Shown: in pieces, positions 48,186-57,695 of the stretch | How the letters are laid out: every line of letters begins with the position of its first letter | Numbering within the stretch: position 1 is the stretch's first letter | Origin: Candidatus Dojkabacteria bacterium | GTDB taxonomy: Bacteria; Patescibacteriota; Dojkabacteria; SC72 | DNA: 64,000 nucleotides | Direction of reading: 5' to 3' | Assembly: GCA_050950145.1 (NCBI GenBank) | Contig: JBMNHB010000001.1 | Location: forward strand, 140,266 to 204,265 | Made by a program: the position numbers and the translations under genes | The notes under the pieces: model-generated | Told to the model about the DNA's origin: nothing | Database searches by the model: none | Seen by the model: only the letters and a program-made list of their open reading frames with translations

Positions 48186-49445
48186 TTATATCTTCTTAAC
48201 ATTATCTATATACCAATTAGAAAAGAGTAGAGATACTTTTGCTAAAGCTATCAAAGCAATCATTCCCTTTGCAAATATCATCATTAGACTGGTACCTAAC
48301 AATGAAACAATTCCTAGAACTATAATAGTGGTAACAATTAAAAATATTTCGGAATCTCTGTTCTCTGCTATCGCTCTTACAAATATCATGGTTAAGATAA
48401 ATTGAATTGCTAGCAAGAATGTATCAACAGGGATATGTGTAAGCTTTAAGTATGCAAGATATATTACTATTGTTAATCCTGTTGCGAAGAAAGATCTTAG
48501 TAAACTTTCCTTTGTAGAATGTTTGAAAAGTAAAAGGTAAACATATGAGGTTACCAATGCAATTACTAAACCGATACTTACTTTTATGTAATCTGGAGAA
48601 ATGATATCTGGTTCTCTATCTGTTTCACTTTCATGATTAAAATTTGGTTCAATATGACCTGAGTTGTAAAGTAAGCTAGTTACTTTTGCCTCTTCCTCTG
48701 TTTCTGCATAGACCCCAAGTGTAATGGTTTGTTGAGCTGTTGTTCCTTCTGGTATCTCTTGTACTTCAAATGGAGTAACAAAGAAATCTATTTCAACTCC
48801 CATATATTCAGATTCATGTTCTTTTAAGAATTTTGTAAATTCTCTCTGTTTGTTTGGCCATGGTTTAAATACAGCGAAGTATCTATAACTACCGTCAGTT
48901 GTTCTAAATTTGTTTTTTGGTATATATACTGTTCTAAAATCACTGTAATCCCAATCTGTAGGATCATAGTTACTCCCAAAAATAACTACATATGGATCAT
49001 CTTCTTTATCAAAATCTACATCCTCTTTTCTAGTTACAATTTTGTATGAATGTCTACTGGTTGCTAACTGAGAAATTAATTTCGGATCTTTTGTAGTATT
49101 TACAATTATTCTTATTCGTGAAGATTCGTCATTTTCACTTTCTGTGTATATCGCAACTCTTTCTACCCCGAAGTTTCTTAATCTCCTGTAAATAATTTCT
49201 TTTACTTTTTGCAATTCTTTTTTATCTGTAGTACCAACAGATGCTACATATTCTTTAGACCAGTATTGTGAATCTTTAGTATTAAGGTTAAATGTAACCT
49301 TTTCAGAGACTTTTTCTGTTAAGGGAAGTGCTATTAGTGTTAAGGTAATTATTATCGCTGTTACTAATATGAGTAGTAAATACTTAAGGATTGGTTTGAA
49401 ATTTAATTTGTTTTTAAATTTGATTTTTTTGAATCTAATTTTCAT
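48186..49445 (-). CDS. SecD-like divergent membrane protein
   Basis: N-terminal TM, KEIIYRRLRNFGVE (SecD P1 I..R...GV.E), LYNSG, C-terminal TM bundle. Confidence 0.6.
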   Translation of the reverse strand: MKIRFKKIKFKNKLNFKPILKYLLLILVTAIIITLTLIALPLTEKVSEKVTFNLNTKDSQYWSKEYVASVGTTDKKELQKVKEIIYRRLRNFGVERVAIYTESENDESSRIRIIVNTTKDPKLISQLATSRHSYKIVTRKEDVDFDKEDDPYVVIFGSNYDPTDWDYSDFRTVYIPKNKFRTTDGSYRYFAVFKPWPNKQREFTKFLKEHESEYMGVEIDFFVTPFEVQEIPEGTTAQQTITLGVYAETEEEAKVTSLLYNSGHIEPNFNHESETDREPDIISPDYIKVSIGLVIALVTSYVYLLLFKHSTKESLLRSFFATGLTIVIYLAYLKLTHIPVDTFLLAIQFILTMIFVRAIAENRDSEIFLIVTTIIVLGIVSLLGTSLMMIFAKGMIALIALAKVSLLFSNWYIDNVKKI

Positions 49446-49447
49446 GG

Positions 49448-50020
49448 TTATAGTAGGTCGGATATCTGGCCGAATATGACAAGTTTATCGTGTTCTAAAA
49501 TATTCATCAAGAAGGGTTCTTTCTTTTTTCTTGCAAAGTCAAAATCTTCTTTTGTTATTGCACTAATTCTAATCTGTCTGCCTAATATTTTTTCCAACTC
49601 TGTTATTGCAGTTGCTAAGTCGTTAACTCTCATGGTTCCGATGAAAAGAAAGTCTACATCTGTTTGGTGTTCATATTTCTTTTTAATGAAACTATTTGTT
49701 AGCACAACAACACTAACACCTTCAACTTTTTTAGCTACATCTATAATTGCTTTTCCAACTTCAGATTCCTTATAAAAGATAGCTCTTAAATCCCAGAGAA
49801 TAGAATTATCTTTATTTACTCTATAAACAACTTTGTTTCCTTCCTTTTTTGATTTTAAAATACCAGCACTTTCTAAATTCATTAACTCTCTTCTTACCGC
49901 ATTAATCTCTTCATTAAGGATTCTAACTAATTCTCTAACATGATGTGCTGCATCTAAATTAGAAAGGAATACCTCTAATACACTAATCCTAACTTTAGAT
50001 ATGAAAAGTTTTTTTAGCAT
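49448..50020 (-). CDS. winged-HTH plus nucleotidyltransferase-like domain protein
   Basis: HVRELVR..NEEINAVRREL wHTH; TDVDFLFIG NTase-like motif. Confidence 0.75.
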   Translation of the reverse strand: MLKKLFISKVRISVLEVFLSNLDAAHHVRELVRILNEEINAVRRELMNLESAGILKSKKEGNKVVYRVNKDNSILWDLRAIFYKESEVGKAIIDVAKKVEGVSVVVLTNSFIKKKYEHQTDVDFLFIGTMRVNDLATAITELEKILGRQIRISAITKEDFDFARKKKEPFLMNILEHDKLVIFGQISDLL

Positions 50021-50041
50021 TACTGCCCAATCTGCTTAATA

Positions 50042-51349
50042 TTATTGCTCAATTATATCAAATTTTCCGTCAGAAGTGGGGATGGCAGCAATCCATATTC
50101 TTCCTCGGTTAAATTTAATAGGTTTCCCAGTAGAATCATAGAACATTGTTCGTTCTGTTCTTGATGTCTTTTTCCATTTACCATTAATAATCTTCCCATC
50201 TTGTAGTATGGTTGCTTCTCCTTCTCCCTCTGTTGGAATTACAACTCTTGCAGTTCCATCTGAAGATGCATACATTTTTACTTTTTGTATTACAACATTT
50301 TTTGCACTAACTTGGGTTCCTGTTTCTTGGTCAACATCAATAGCTCCTCCAATTTTTCTAAAGTATGAATTAGTCTGTGGATCATATGTCCATATGGCAT
50401 CATACGCTCCTCTATTATTTAATCTCATATGAAAGACTGTCTTTACAACTGTCTTTGTTCCTCTCTCTTTTACATCTGTATCATTTTTGAATTCAAATGA
50501 TTTAATGGTACTGGGGAATGCATCCCAACCTTTCTTCTTTGCATAATCCCATGCATTAGTTATTGAATTATATTCGTTATGTGGGGAGAACCTTCTTCCA
50601 TCATTCCATCTCCAAGCACCAATTGTACTAAGGTCTTTGATTCCATACGCATATACATTACCACAAGCGTTTGCCTTTGGATCAGTACTCTCTGCACATC
50701 CATCTCTAATTAGTAATGGATCATATTCACTAGCCCACTCAAGATAGTATTGTCTAAGACTTCTAACAGGTCCAACTTTAGCAGGTGCACTGCTCCAAAA
50801 GATTCCCAAGTATCTTGTAATTCCACCCTCTGCATTTGTTTCGTAAACTATATCAGCACTGGTTAGTCCAGATTGAGGTCTAGCTGCAGAGTGATTATTA
50901 ATCATTACAGCTACAGGTCTTCTTCTTTTCATTACATCCATTTCTTTTTTAGTAAAAAGTAAACCATTTAATGGACTTACTTCTGTTTTTGGTTCTTTTG
51001 GTTCTGAAAGAAGAGGAAATTTAAATTTAAAAGGTGAAATACTATCTTCTGATGATATATAGTTCTCTTTAAATAGTGCTACCTCCGAAGGATGTACAGG
51101 TCTTAATCTATATATTGCAAAGTAGTAGAAAAGAGCAATTCCTATTAGGGTTAATATTGCAATAGTAGGGAAGATTAATTTTTTAAGTAATTCTTTTTTC
51201 TTATTAACAACAGTTTCTTCTTTCTTAACTTCTGGTTTTGCTATTATTTCTTTTTCTTTTGGTGTTTCTTCTGCATTTGTAACAGGAGTGTTTTCCTTGT
51301 TCTCTACAGGTACTTCTTTTCCATTTGATATTTCTACTACCTTTGCCAT
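50042..51349 (-). CDS. DUF3048 (YerB-like) membrane-anchored protein
   Basis: RPVAVMINN..ARPQSGL, EGGITR, GPVRSLR, PHN, GRIWI. Confidence 0.9.
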   Translation of the reverse strand: MAKVVEISNGKEVPVENKENTPVTNAEETPKEKEIIAKPEVKKEETVVNKKKELLKKLIFPTIAILTLIGIALFYYFAIYRLRPVHPSEVALFKENYISSEDSISPFKFKFPLLSEPKEPKTEVSPLNGLLFTKKEMDVMKRRRPVAVMINNHSAARPQSGLTSADIVYETNAEGGITRYLGIFWSSAPAKVGPVRSLRQYYLEWASEYDPLLIRDGCAESTDPKANACGNVYAYGIKDLSTIGAWRWNDGRRFSPHNEYNSITNAWDYAKKKGWDAFPSTIKSFEFKNDTDVKERGTKTVVKTVFHMRLNNRGAYDAIWTYDPQTNSYFRKIGGAIDVDQETGTQVSAKNVVIQKVKMYASSDGTARVVIPTEGEGEATILQDGKIINGKWKKTSRTERTMFYDSTGKPIKFNRGRIWIAAIPTSDGKFDIIEQ

Positions 51350-51437
51350 TGTAGATATATAGTAGCATAAAATACATCTATTTCAATATCTTCAATACTA
51401 TGTTACTATTTACTATTAAAATATCAGGGGTAAAGAT

Positions 51438-52469
51438 ATGAAAAAATCGTTAGTTTACTTTCTAATCCTTTTACTTTTAGTAGGTGGGTTAGTTACATAT
51501 ATTGTTTTAAGGAACAAGAATAAAGAAGGAGGGGATATAGAAAAGCAAGATTCAAAGAAAGAATCAGTTGTTGAAACTGTTGGAAAGGATAATGAAAAGG
51601 ATAAGGAAGAGGATGATAAAGAGATTATTAAAAAGACGACATCTAAAAAAGAGAGTGATACAGATTTCTCAACATATTCTTCTAAGAAACAGGAGGTTGG
51701 TGTGGTTGTAGAGGATGATATGTTTACATTAGAAAAGATTGTAGATACAGAGAGGGATGGATATCATGAATTTGTGTTTTCATTAAAAGGTCCGAGTAAA
51801 CCACATGCTGTTGCATATTACAGTGCCAGTTCAGGTGTGATTAAAGTTGAATTGTCTAATGTTGAGGAGGATAAAAGCGGGATTAAATATCAAGGAGAAA
51901 GAACAATTAACAAAGAAGGTGTAATTAGGTTGTATCATAATGTGTCTGGTTCTCAGAAGAAGAGTTTCTATGATATTGGATTATCACAGAGTACTGTATT
52001 TAAGCTTGATGTAGAAGAGTCTAGTGATGAGAAGTGGGATATTACATTGAATGTGAAATATCCAGGAGAAAAAGAAAGCTTAGGGAATCTTGGTAGTACA
52101 GAGTTTTCATCCAAAGAACAGACAATCACAGGAGTTGGAGCTGAGAAGAAAGCATCTATTAATTCCTTTGAATACGGTGCATCTGGTGGTGTATTGAAGT
52201 TTGTATTAGGTGTGTCTGCAGAAGGAGACAATCCAATACCATCAGCAACAGCTAAGTACAATGATGATGGAGATTTAGTAGTTACATTTGATAGCTTAAG
52301 TTTGGATAGGGTTGGTGGTTCATCTAAGACATATGATCTTCCTCTAGGTATTACTCTAAATACATCTAGGAGTGGTTCTACTTCTGTGTTTACATTTGTA
52401 GATGCAGGGTCTGAGTATAGATTGAGTGCAAGCTTAAGTCCTAATCAGGTGATAATAGAGATTAAGTAA
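51438..52469 (+). CDS. exported/membrane-anchored hypothetical protein with two repeated beta domains
   Basis: N-terminal TM; FSTYSSKKQEV and STEFSSKEQTI begin two similar domains. Confidence 0.7.
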   Translation: MKKSLVYFLILLLLVGGLVTYIVLRNKNKEGGDIEKQDSKKESVVETVGKDNEKDKEEDDKEIIKKTTSKKESDTDFSTYSSKKQEVGVVVEDDMFTLEKIVDTERDGYHEFVFSLKGPSKPHAVAYYSASSGVIKVELSNVEEDKSGIKYQGERTINKEGVIRLYHNVSGSQKKSFYDIGLSQSTVFKLDVEESSDEKWDITLNVKYPGEKESLGNLGSTEFSSKEQTITGVGAEKKASINSFEYGASGGVLKFVLGVSAEGDNPIPSATAKYNDDGDLVVTFDSLSLDRVGGSSKTYDLPLGITLNTSRSGSTSVFTFVDAGSEYRLSASLSPNQVIIEIK

Positions 52470-52472
52470 GAG

Positions 52473-52775
52473 TTATTTTTTGTTTCTCTTTCTTACAAAA
52501 GATATCTGTAGATCTCTATCTACACTGTTGGCAATTTGTACTAGTTTGTAAATAGAGATGTTTCTTTGTCCATTCTCTACTTTACTAATTGTTGTTCTAG
52601 GTATTCCACTTTTCACAGCTAGTTCTTCCTGTGTTAAACCTAGTTCATTGCGTAGGTCTCTTAAGGCTTCTATAGCTAGTTTGTCCTCAACCCTTTTGTC
52701 CATTTCTTCAATCTCTCTTTCTGTCATATATTTTTTTTGTACTTCTCTCCAAGGGATAAGTTTTGTTTTTCTCAT
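52473..52775 (-). CDS. HigA-like HTH antitoxin
   Basis: LTQEELA..SG.PRTTISKVENG Xre HTH. Confidence 0.85.
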   Translation of the reverse strand: MRKTKLIPWREVQKKYMTEREIEEMDKRVEDKLAIEALRDLRNELGLTQEELAVKSGIPRTTISKVENGQRNISIYKLVQIANSVDRDLQISFVRKRNKK

Positions 52776-52779
52776 ATTT

Positions 52780-53106
52780 TTATAATCTAATATTATTTTT
52801 TCTTTTAAGTGCTTTTTGTATTTCTTTCAAAGGTGTTCTTTGTGTCTTCTTTCTAAATGCAGAAAGAATTATTACAAAATTGTTGTAATAGCAGTAAATA
52901 ATTCTATATATTCCATCTACAATTATTCTAATTTCAAAAAGATCATATCCTTCTAGTTTCTTAGAATCAGGGTATTCAAGATATCCTTTCTGCTCAAACT
53001 CTGTTATTAATTCCCAATATCTTTTTCTAACAAGATTTGGTAATAAGTCTATCTCTTCCTCGGCTTGTTCTAGAATATATATTTCTTTCTTTAAAGATTG
53101 TGTCAT
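52780..53106 (-). CDS. RelE/HigB (Gp49-like) toxin
   Basis: LFEIRI...YRIIY, LSAFRKKTQRTP.KEI; toxin-first gene order. Confidence 0.85.
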   Translation of the reverse strand: MTQSLKKEIYILEQAEEEIDLLPNLVRKRYWELITEFEQKGYLEYPDSKKLEGYDLFEIRIIVDGIYRIIYCYYNNFVIILSAFRKKTQRTPLKEIQKALKRKNNIRL

Positions 53107-53213
53107 ATATGCAACAATATGTCAAATTATTTATATTCTAATATTCAAAAATTAAATGTAGATTAAATATGTTTTGGTATATAATTGGGGAATAATTTTT
53201 CTATACAACAAAG

Positions 53214-53795
53214 ATGATTAGTAGAGATAGGGTAGTAGAATTAATGGATAAATATATTTCAACACCTTGGCTTAAAATGCATATGAGGGAGAGTGAACAG
53301 ATTATGAGAGCCTTAGCTAAGCATTTTAATGAGGATGAAGATTTATGGGGATTAACAGGTCTTCTACATGATATTGATTATGATTATGTTGATAAGGATC
53401 CAGAGAGACATGTTGTTGAGTTTGATAAAATATTGGAGATGGAAGGATTAGTTAGAGGTGAAGACATTCTAGAAGATATGTATCATGCTATTAAAGCACA
53501 TTATGATGATCATCCTAAAATTGAACAAAAAAGAGAGAGTAGATTAGATTATGCACTTTCTGCATCTGAAAATTTATCTGGATTTCTAGTAGCATGTGCC
53601 TTGGTACAACCTAACAAGAAAATATCAGAGGTTACTACTGAGAGTGTTTTGAAAAAATTAAAGAAGAAAGATTTTGCAAAGGCTGTTAGAAGAGATCTAA
53701 TATATGATATTGAAAAGGCAGGTATATCTTTGGAAGAGTTTATACAGATAGCTTTAGAGTCTCTTAATGAAATTAGTGATGAGATTGGGTTATAA
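53214..53795 (+). CDS. HD-domain phosphohydrolase
   Basis: H..ESE, GLLHDIDY, AIKAH, KKLKKKDFA. Confidence 0.88.
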   Translation: MISRDRVVELMDKYISTPWLKMHMRESEQIMRALAKHFNEDEDLWGLTGLLHDIDYDYVDKDPERHVVEFDKILEMEGLVRGEDILEDMYHAIKAHYDDHPKIEQKRESRLDYALSASENLSGFLVACALVQPNKKISEVTTESVLKKLKKKDFAKAVRRDLIYDIEKAGISLEEFIQIALESLNEISDEIGL

Positions 53796-53804
53796 TACTT
53801 CTAT

Positions 53805-53878
53805 CGGGGTGTAGTTCAGATGGCTAGAACGCTTGTATGGGGTACAAGAGGTCGCTCGTTCAAGTCGAGTCACCCCGA
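53805..53878 (+). tRNA. tRNA-Pro (anticodon GGG)
   Basis: CGGGGTG/CACCCCG acceptor stem, CTTGT-ATGGGGT-ACAAG, GTTCAAGTC; CCA not encoded. Confidence 0.95.
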
Positions 53879-53935
53879 TTTGACAAGATAGAAAATCTAT
53901 GTAGAATGTTATCTGTTTACCTAATACTTTAGAAA

Positions 53936-54028
53936 ATGAATAATACTGAAAAGAAGAATAATAAATATATATTAGCTTATTCCCTGTTATTCTTAATTCC
54001 TTTGTTAGTACTTTTTATTAAAGGGTAA
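53936..54028 (+). CDS. putative 30-aa single-TM peptide (not in ORF track)
   Basis: MNNTEKKNNKYILAYSLLFLIPLLVLFIKG*; TTGACA-N16-TAGAAT promoter at 53880-53907. Confidence 0.4.
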   Translation: MNNTEKKNNKYILAYSLLFLIPLLVLFIKG

Positions 54029-54150
54029 TAGTTTTTCAAAAAGGGTTTGTTTTTTTCCTCAATCTATGCGATATTGTATGGATATTAGTTAACTGTCCGT
54101 ATAATAGAGTTTTTTGTTTAGATTAATAAATTAATTGTTATTCTTTAATA

Positions 54151-55176
54151 ATGGAAACAGAATCATTTCATCAAGATGAGGCAACAGAACCTACTCAGAT
54201 TGATAGCTCAAGATTAGATATGCAAAACTCTTATGAAGTACCTGTTAATGACTCTAGAGAATTGCATGAACCTCAACTAAACCCTAGAAATCTTCAATAT
54301 GAATATGTGGGGGATGTTGCTGGAGAACCTGTTTTTACTTCATATGCTGTCCAATTTCCTTTGAATCCAAATCCTAAATATCTGGAAGGATTGGGAAAGA
54401 TCAAAGAGAGTGATTCTTCATTTACTCGTTATACAAAGCTCATATTGATGGCAGGGACGGACAGAGCATTGATTGATTTGATAATAAACGGTATTTCCAC
54501 AGGCTTATCCCATGGAACAATGGATGTGATTTATAGAGTAGGTGTAGGAGAAAAAGTTGATACTGTATTAGATAATTTTGATATTGCAATAGGTTCTTTA
54601 CAAAGGAGGGTTATAGTCTCAGATATTATAGCAAAAAAGATTATGGAGACAGATTCGGATAGTATAATATCCATAGCTGGTGGAAGTTGTTTATTACCAA
54701 TTGAAGGGATTTATCAGTCAGGTAAAGAAGGTATGGTCATCACTAATATTGATAGATCAGATAAGGCAAATGAAAAAGCAGAGAAAACACTAAAAGATAT
54801 TAATAACAAGAGGAATCTTGGGTTATCTCTTAAGTCTGTTCAGAGGGATATACTAAAAAACGGTCTTCAGGTTCTTACCAGTGAAGAAGAACCAGAGATA
54901 ATTGAATGTACAGGATTTTGGGAGTACCTGAATAATGAACAACGAGAATCTTTATTAAGAAATATATCAGAAGGTGTTCAATCAAAAGATTCTTTCATAT
55001 TGACTGTATTAACAGATAATCCCCAACAGCACATTTTCGATGCTGTTAGATTTAAGAAATTATCATCTACAAAATTGGAAGATTTAATTCCGTTAGTAAA
55101 GAAATATCTTGGTAATATTGAAAGAGTTATAATAACACCAAATAATACATATGCGACTTTAGTTATTAAAAAATAG
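54151..55176 (+). CDS. class I methyltransferase-like protein (PhcB-like motifs)
   Basis: IISIAGGS, ITNID, IIECTGFWEYL, DNP motifs in Rossmann order. Confidence 0.55.
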   Translation: METESFHQDEATEPTQIDSSRLDMQNSYEVPVNDSRELHEPQLNPRNLQYEYVGDVAGEPVFTSYAVQFPLNPNPKYLEGLGKIKESDSSFTRYTKLILMAGTDRALIDLIINGISTGLSHGTMDVIYRVGVGEKVDTVLDNFDIAIGSLQRRVIVSDIIAKKIMETDSDSIISIAGGSCLLPIEGIYQSGKEGMVITNIDRSDKANEKAEKTLKDINNKRNLGLSLKSVQRDILKNGLQVLTSEEEPEIIECTGFWEYLNNEQRESLLRNISEGVQSKDSFILTVLTDNPQQHIFDAVRFKKLSSTKLEDLIPLVKKYLGNIERVIITPNNTYATLVIKK

Positions 55177-55178
55177 GA

Positions 55179-57443
55179 ATGAGTAATTATGCTTATGCTC
55201 TCGTTGTTGTAGGTTTTGTCAATGTCCTTTTTGGTATATATATATTAACAACGGCAAAAAAAGCTCAATCTGTTCGATTCTTAGCACTTAGTTTTATTTT
55301 TGTAGGGCTTTGGGGAATAGGTTTGGCTGGATTCTTAAGTGCTAAAGTTGAATTAAGTGCTCTAGTATGGGCAAAATTTCATTATGTTGCTTCTATATAT
55401 GTTATTTATTTTGTACTTCTCTTTGTACTTTCATTAACAAGGGATGATAGGGTGAGATTATCTACTATGCTTCTTTTACATATACCTATTTTCATTTTAT
55501 CCTGTGCTGTAATCTTCTCTGATAAGCTTATTATTACAGGTATTAGTATTGAAAGTACAGGAAATGTTGCACTACTAAATAAAATAGGACACAGAACTTA
55601 TGGTGTGGTTTTTATTATTTATTATGTTGCTGCTTTAGTTATAAACTTGATTAGTACTATCAAGTCGCATGGTATTAGAAAAAATCAATTGCTATTAATT
55701 TTCATTGGATTGCTTTTAACAGGTGTCTTGTCTGGAACATTTAATCTTCTTCTCCCAATTGTAGGAAACTATAAACTAATTTGGATAGGCCCTTTGTTTA
55801 CAATTGTTTTTCTGGGATTAATGTTTTTGGCTATTGTTAAGTATCAACTATTTAATATTCGTCTTTTAGCTGGGAAAATAATATATATTTTTTGTAGTGC
55901 CGCATTAATCTATATTTCTTTCTTATTTTTTTTCAATGTTCACAATACAGTATTTCTAAGTAGTACCACATGGGAAGCGATCATTTTTGGTATTATTGTC
56001 TCAATCCTTTTTACATTGATATATGATAGGTTCCGAAATGTTTTGCAGAAGAACATCTCTTCTGGAATTATAAACTTAGGTTTTGAATCTAGTAAGTATA
56101 TTGATAAATTTACTGATAGCTTGGGAAATATAATTACAGAGAATGATGTATTAGAGGCGTTACATAGTATTATTAAGGAGACTATTAATCCGATATACTT
56201 TTCCGTTATAGTTAAGAGAGAATCAGAGATTATAAATAAACAATATACTGGTAACAAAGTTTTTGATGCTACTAAGATTTTTAAGATTGTAGATTCTTCC
56301 CTTTTTCGTGGTAAAACGAGTATTTCATTAGGAGAGATAATTGGTATTTTTCAAATGGATGATTCGGAGTATAAATCTAAATATTACGAATTTATCAATC
56401 TGCTTGAAGTGAATGATTTGTATCTATTAATACCTGTGTATTATGCTGGTGAATTAATTTCCATTTTGGTTCTGGGTAAAAGGGATTTGAATAGTACAAT
56501 GTATATCCAAGAGGAGATAACTTTTCTTCAGTCGTTAGCATCATTGACAGGGGCATCTTTAGTAAGGGCTAGTTTGTATGAACAAGTACTGGAATTTAAT
56601 AAAACATTAGAACAAAAAGTAAACGAACAAACCCAAGAACTTCAACAAAAGGTATTAGAATTAGAAGAAGCTAGAAGAAAAGAAAGAGATATGATAGATA
56701 TCATGGGTCATGAATTAAGAACACCAGCTACAATAGTAAAACTAAATGCAGAACTATTAGAAAAATATATAGAGAGTAATCCTAAAGATTTCAAAAAATA
56801 TTTAGATAGGATAAAGAATAGTATTGAGAATGAAATAAGGTTGATAGATACATTACTTTCTAGTGCTAAATTAGAAGGTCAAAAAGTAGAAATGAACAAG
56901 GAGAGAGTTTCTGTTCCTGAACAGATAGAGGTAGTATTACATGGTTATGAATATGAAGCAGAAGCAAAAGGACTAAAAATAATCTCTGATATAGATGAAG
57001 ATACTAAAGATGTATATGCAGATGAAGTAAGAGTAGGGGAAATATTAGATAATCTAGTTAGTAATGCGATTAAATATACAGATGAAGGATCTATAATTGT
57101 AAAAACAGAAAGTACAGATGACCATGTAAAAGTAAGTGTTATTGACACAGGAAAAGGTATTCCTGAAGAAGAGATACCGAAATTAGGAACAAAGTTCCAT
57201 AGGATTGAGCACTATATATCAGGTGAAGATGGTTTTAATATTGTAAGACCAGGAGGTACAGGTTTAGGCTTGTATGTAGTCTATGCTTTAGTTGAAATGA
57301 TGGGAGGTAAGATATGGGTAGATACCGAGGTGGACAAAGGTACCACATTTTCATTTACACTACCTGTATACAAAGGTCAGAGAGAAGATATTGTTTCTAC
57401 TAACAGTAAAAATATGTTTGATAAATTTGGTTTGAAAAAGTAA
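55179..57443 (+). CDS. membrane sensor histidine kinase (HisKA_7TM-like, GAF-like, HisKA, HATPase)
   Basis: ~9 N-terminal TMs; GHELRTP H-box, NLVSNAIKYT, DTGKGI, GTGLGL. Confidence 0.92.
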   Translation: MSNYAYALVVVGFVNVLFGIYILTTAKKAQSVRFLALSFIFVGLWGIGLAGFLSAKVELSALVWAKFHYVASIYVIYFVLLFVLSLTRDDRVRLSTMLLLHIPIFILSCAVIFSDKLIITGISIESTGNVALLNKIGHRTYGVVFIIYYVAALVINLISTIKSHGIRKNQLLLIFIGLLLTGVLSGTFNLLLPIVGNYKLIWIGPLFTIVFLGLMFLAIVKYQLFNIRLLAGKIIYIFCSAALIYISFLFFFNVHNTVFLSSTTWEAIIFGIIVSILFTLIYDRFRNVLQKNISSGIINLGFESSKYIDKFTDSLGNIITENDVLEALHSIIKETINPIYFSVIVKRESEIINKQYTGNKVFDATKIFKIVDSSLFRGKTSISLGEIIGIFQMDDSEYKSKYYEFINLLEVNDLYLLIPVYYAGELISILVLGKRDLNSTMYIQEEITFLQSLASLTGASLVRASLYEQVLEFNKTLEQKVNEQTQELQQKVLELEEARRKERDMIDIMGHELRTPATIVKLNAELLEKYIESNPKDFKKYLDRIKNSIENEIRLIDTLLSSAKLEGQKVEMNKERVSVPEQIEVVLHGYEYEAEAKGLKIISDIDEDTKDVYADEVRVGEILDNLVSNAIKYTDEGSIIVKTESTDDHVKVSVIDTGKGIPEEEIPKLGTKFHRIEHYISGEDGFNIVRPGGTGLGLYVVYALVEMMGGKIWVDTEVDKGTTFSFTLPVYKGQREDIVSTNSKNMFDKFGLKK

Positions 57444-57488
57444 TTACTAGGTAGTATCCTTATCTATATAACTTTATAAATTACTCAA

Positions 57489-57695
57489 ATGAAAGTAAAA
57501 ATAGATCATGAGAAATGCATAATGTGTGGATCATGTGTAGCCGTATGTCCAGAGGTTTTTGAAATGAAAGATGATGGCACTGTAGAAGTAAAAAATGAAT
57601 ATAAGGATAAAGATATTCAGGATTCTGCACTAATTGAAAAAATTAAACAAGCTCAAGCAGCATGTCCTGCAACAGCTATTGTTACTGAAGAGTAA
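57489..57695 (+). CDS. monocluster ferredoxin
   Basis: CIMCGSCVAVCP...ACPATAI. Confidence 0.92.
   Translation: MKVKIDHEKCIMCGSCVAVCPEVFEMKDDGTVEVKNEYKDKDIQDSALIEKIKQAQAACPATAIVTEE

Noticed and set aside
52473-57443. Integrated element at tRNA-Pro
   Set aside because: No integrase and no duplicated tRNA 3' end seen
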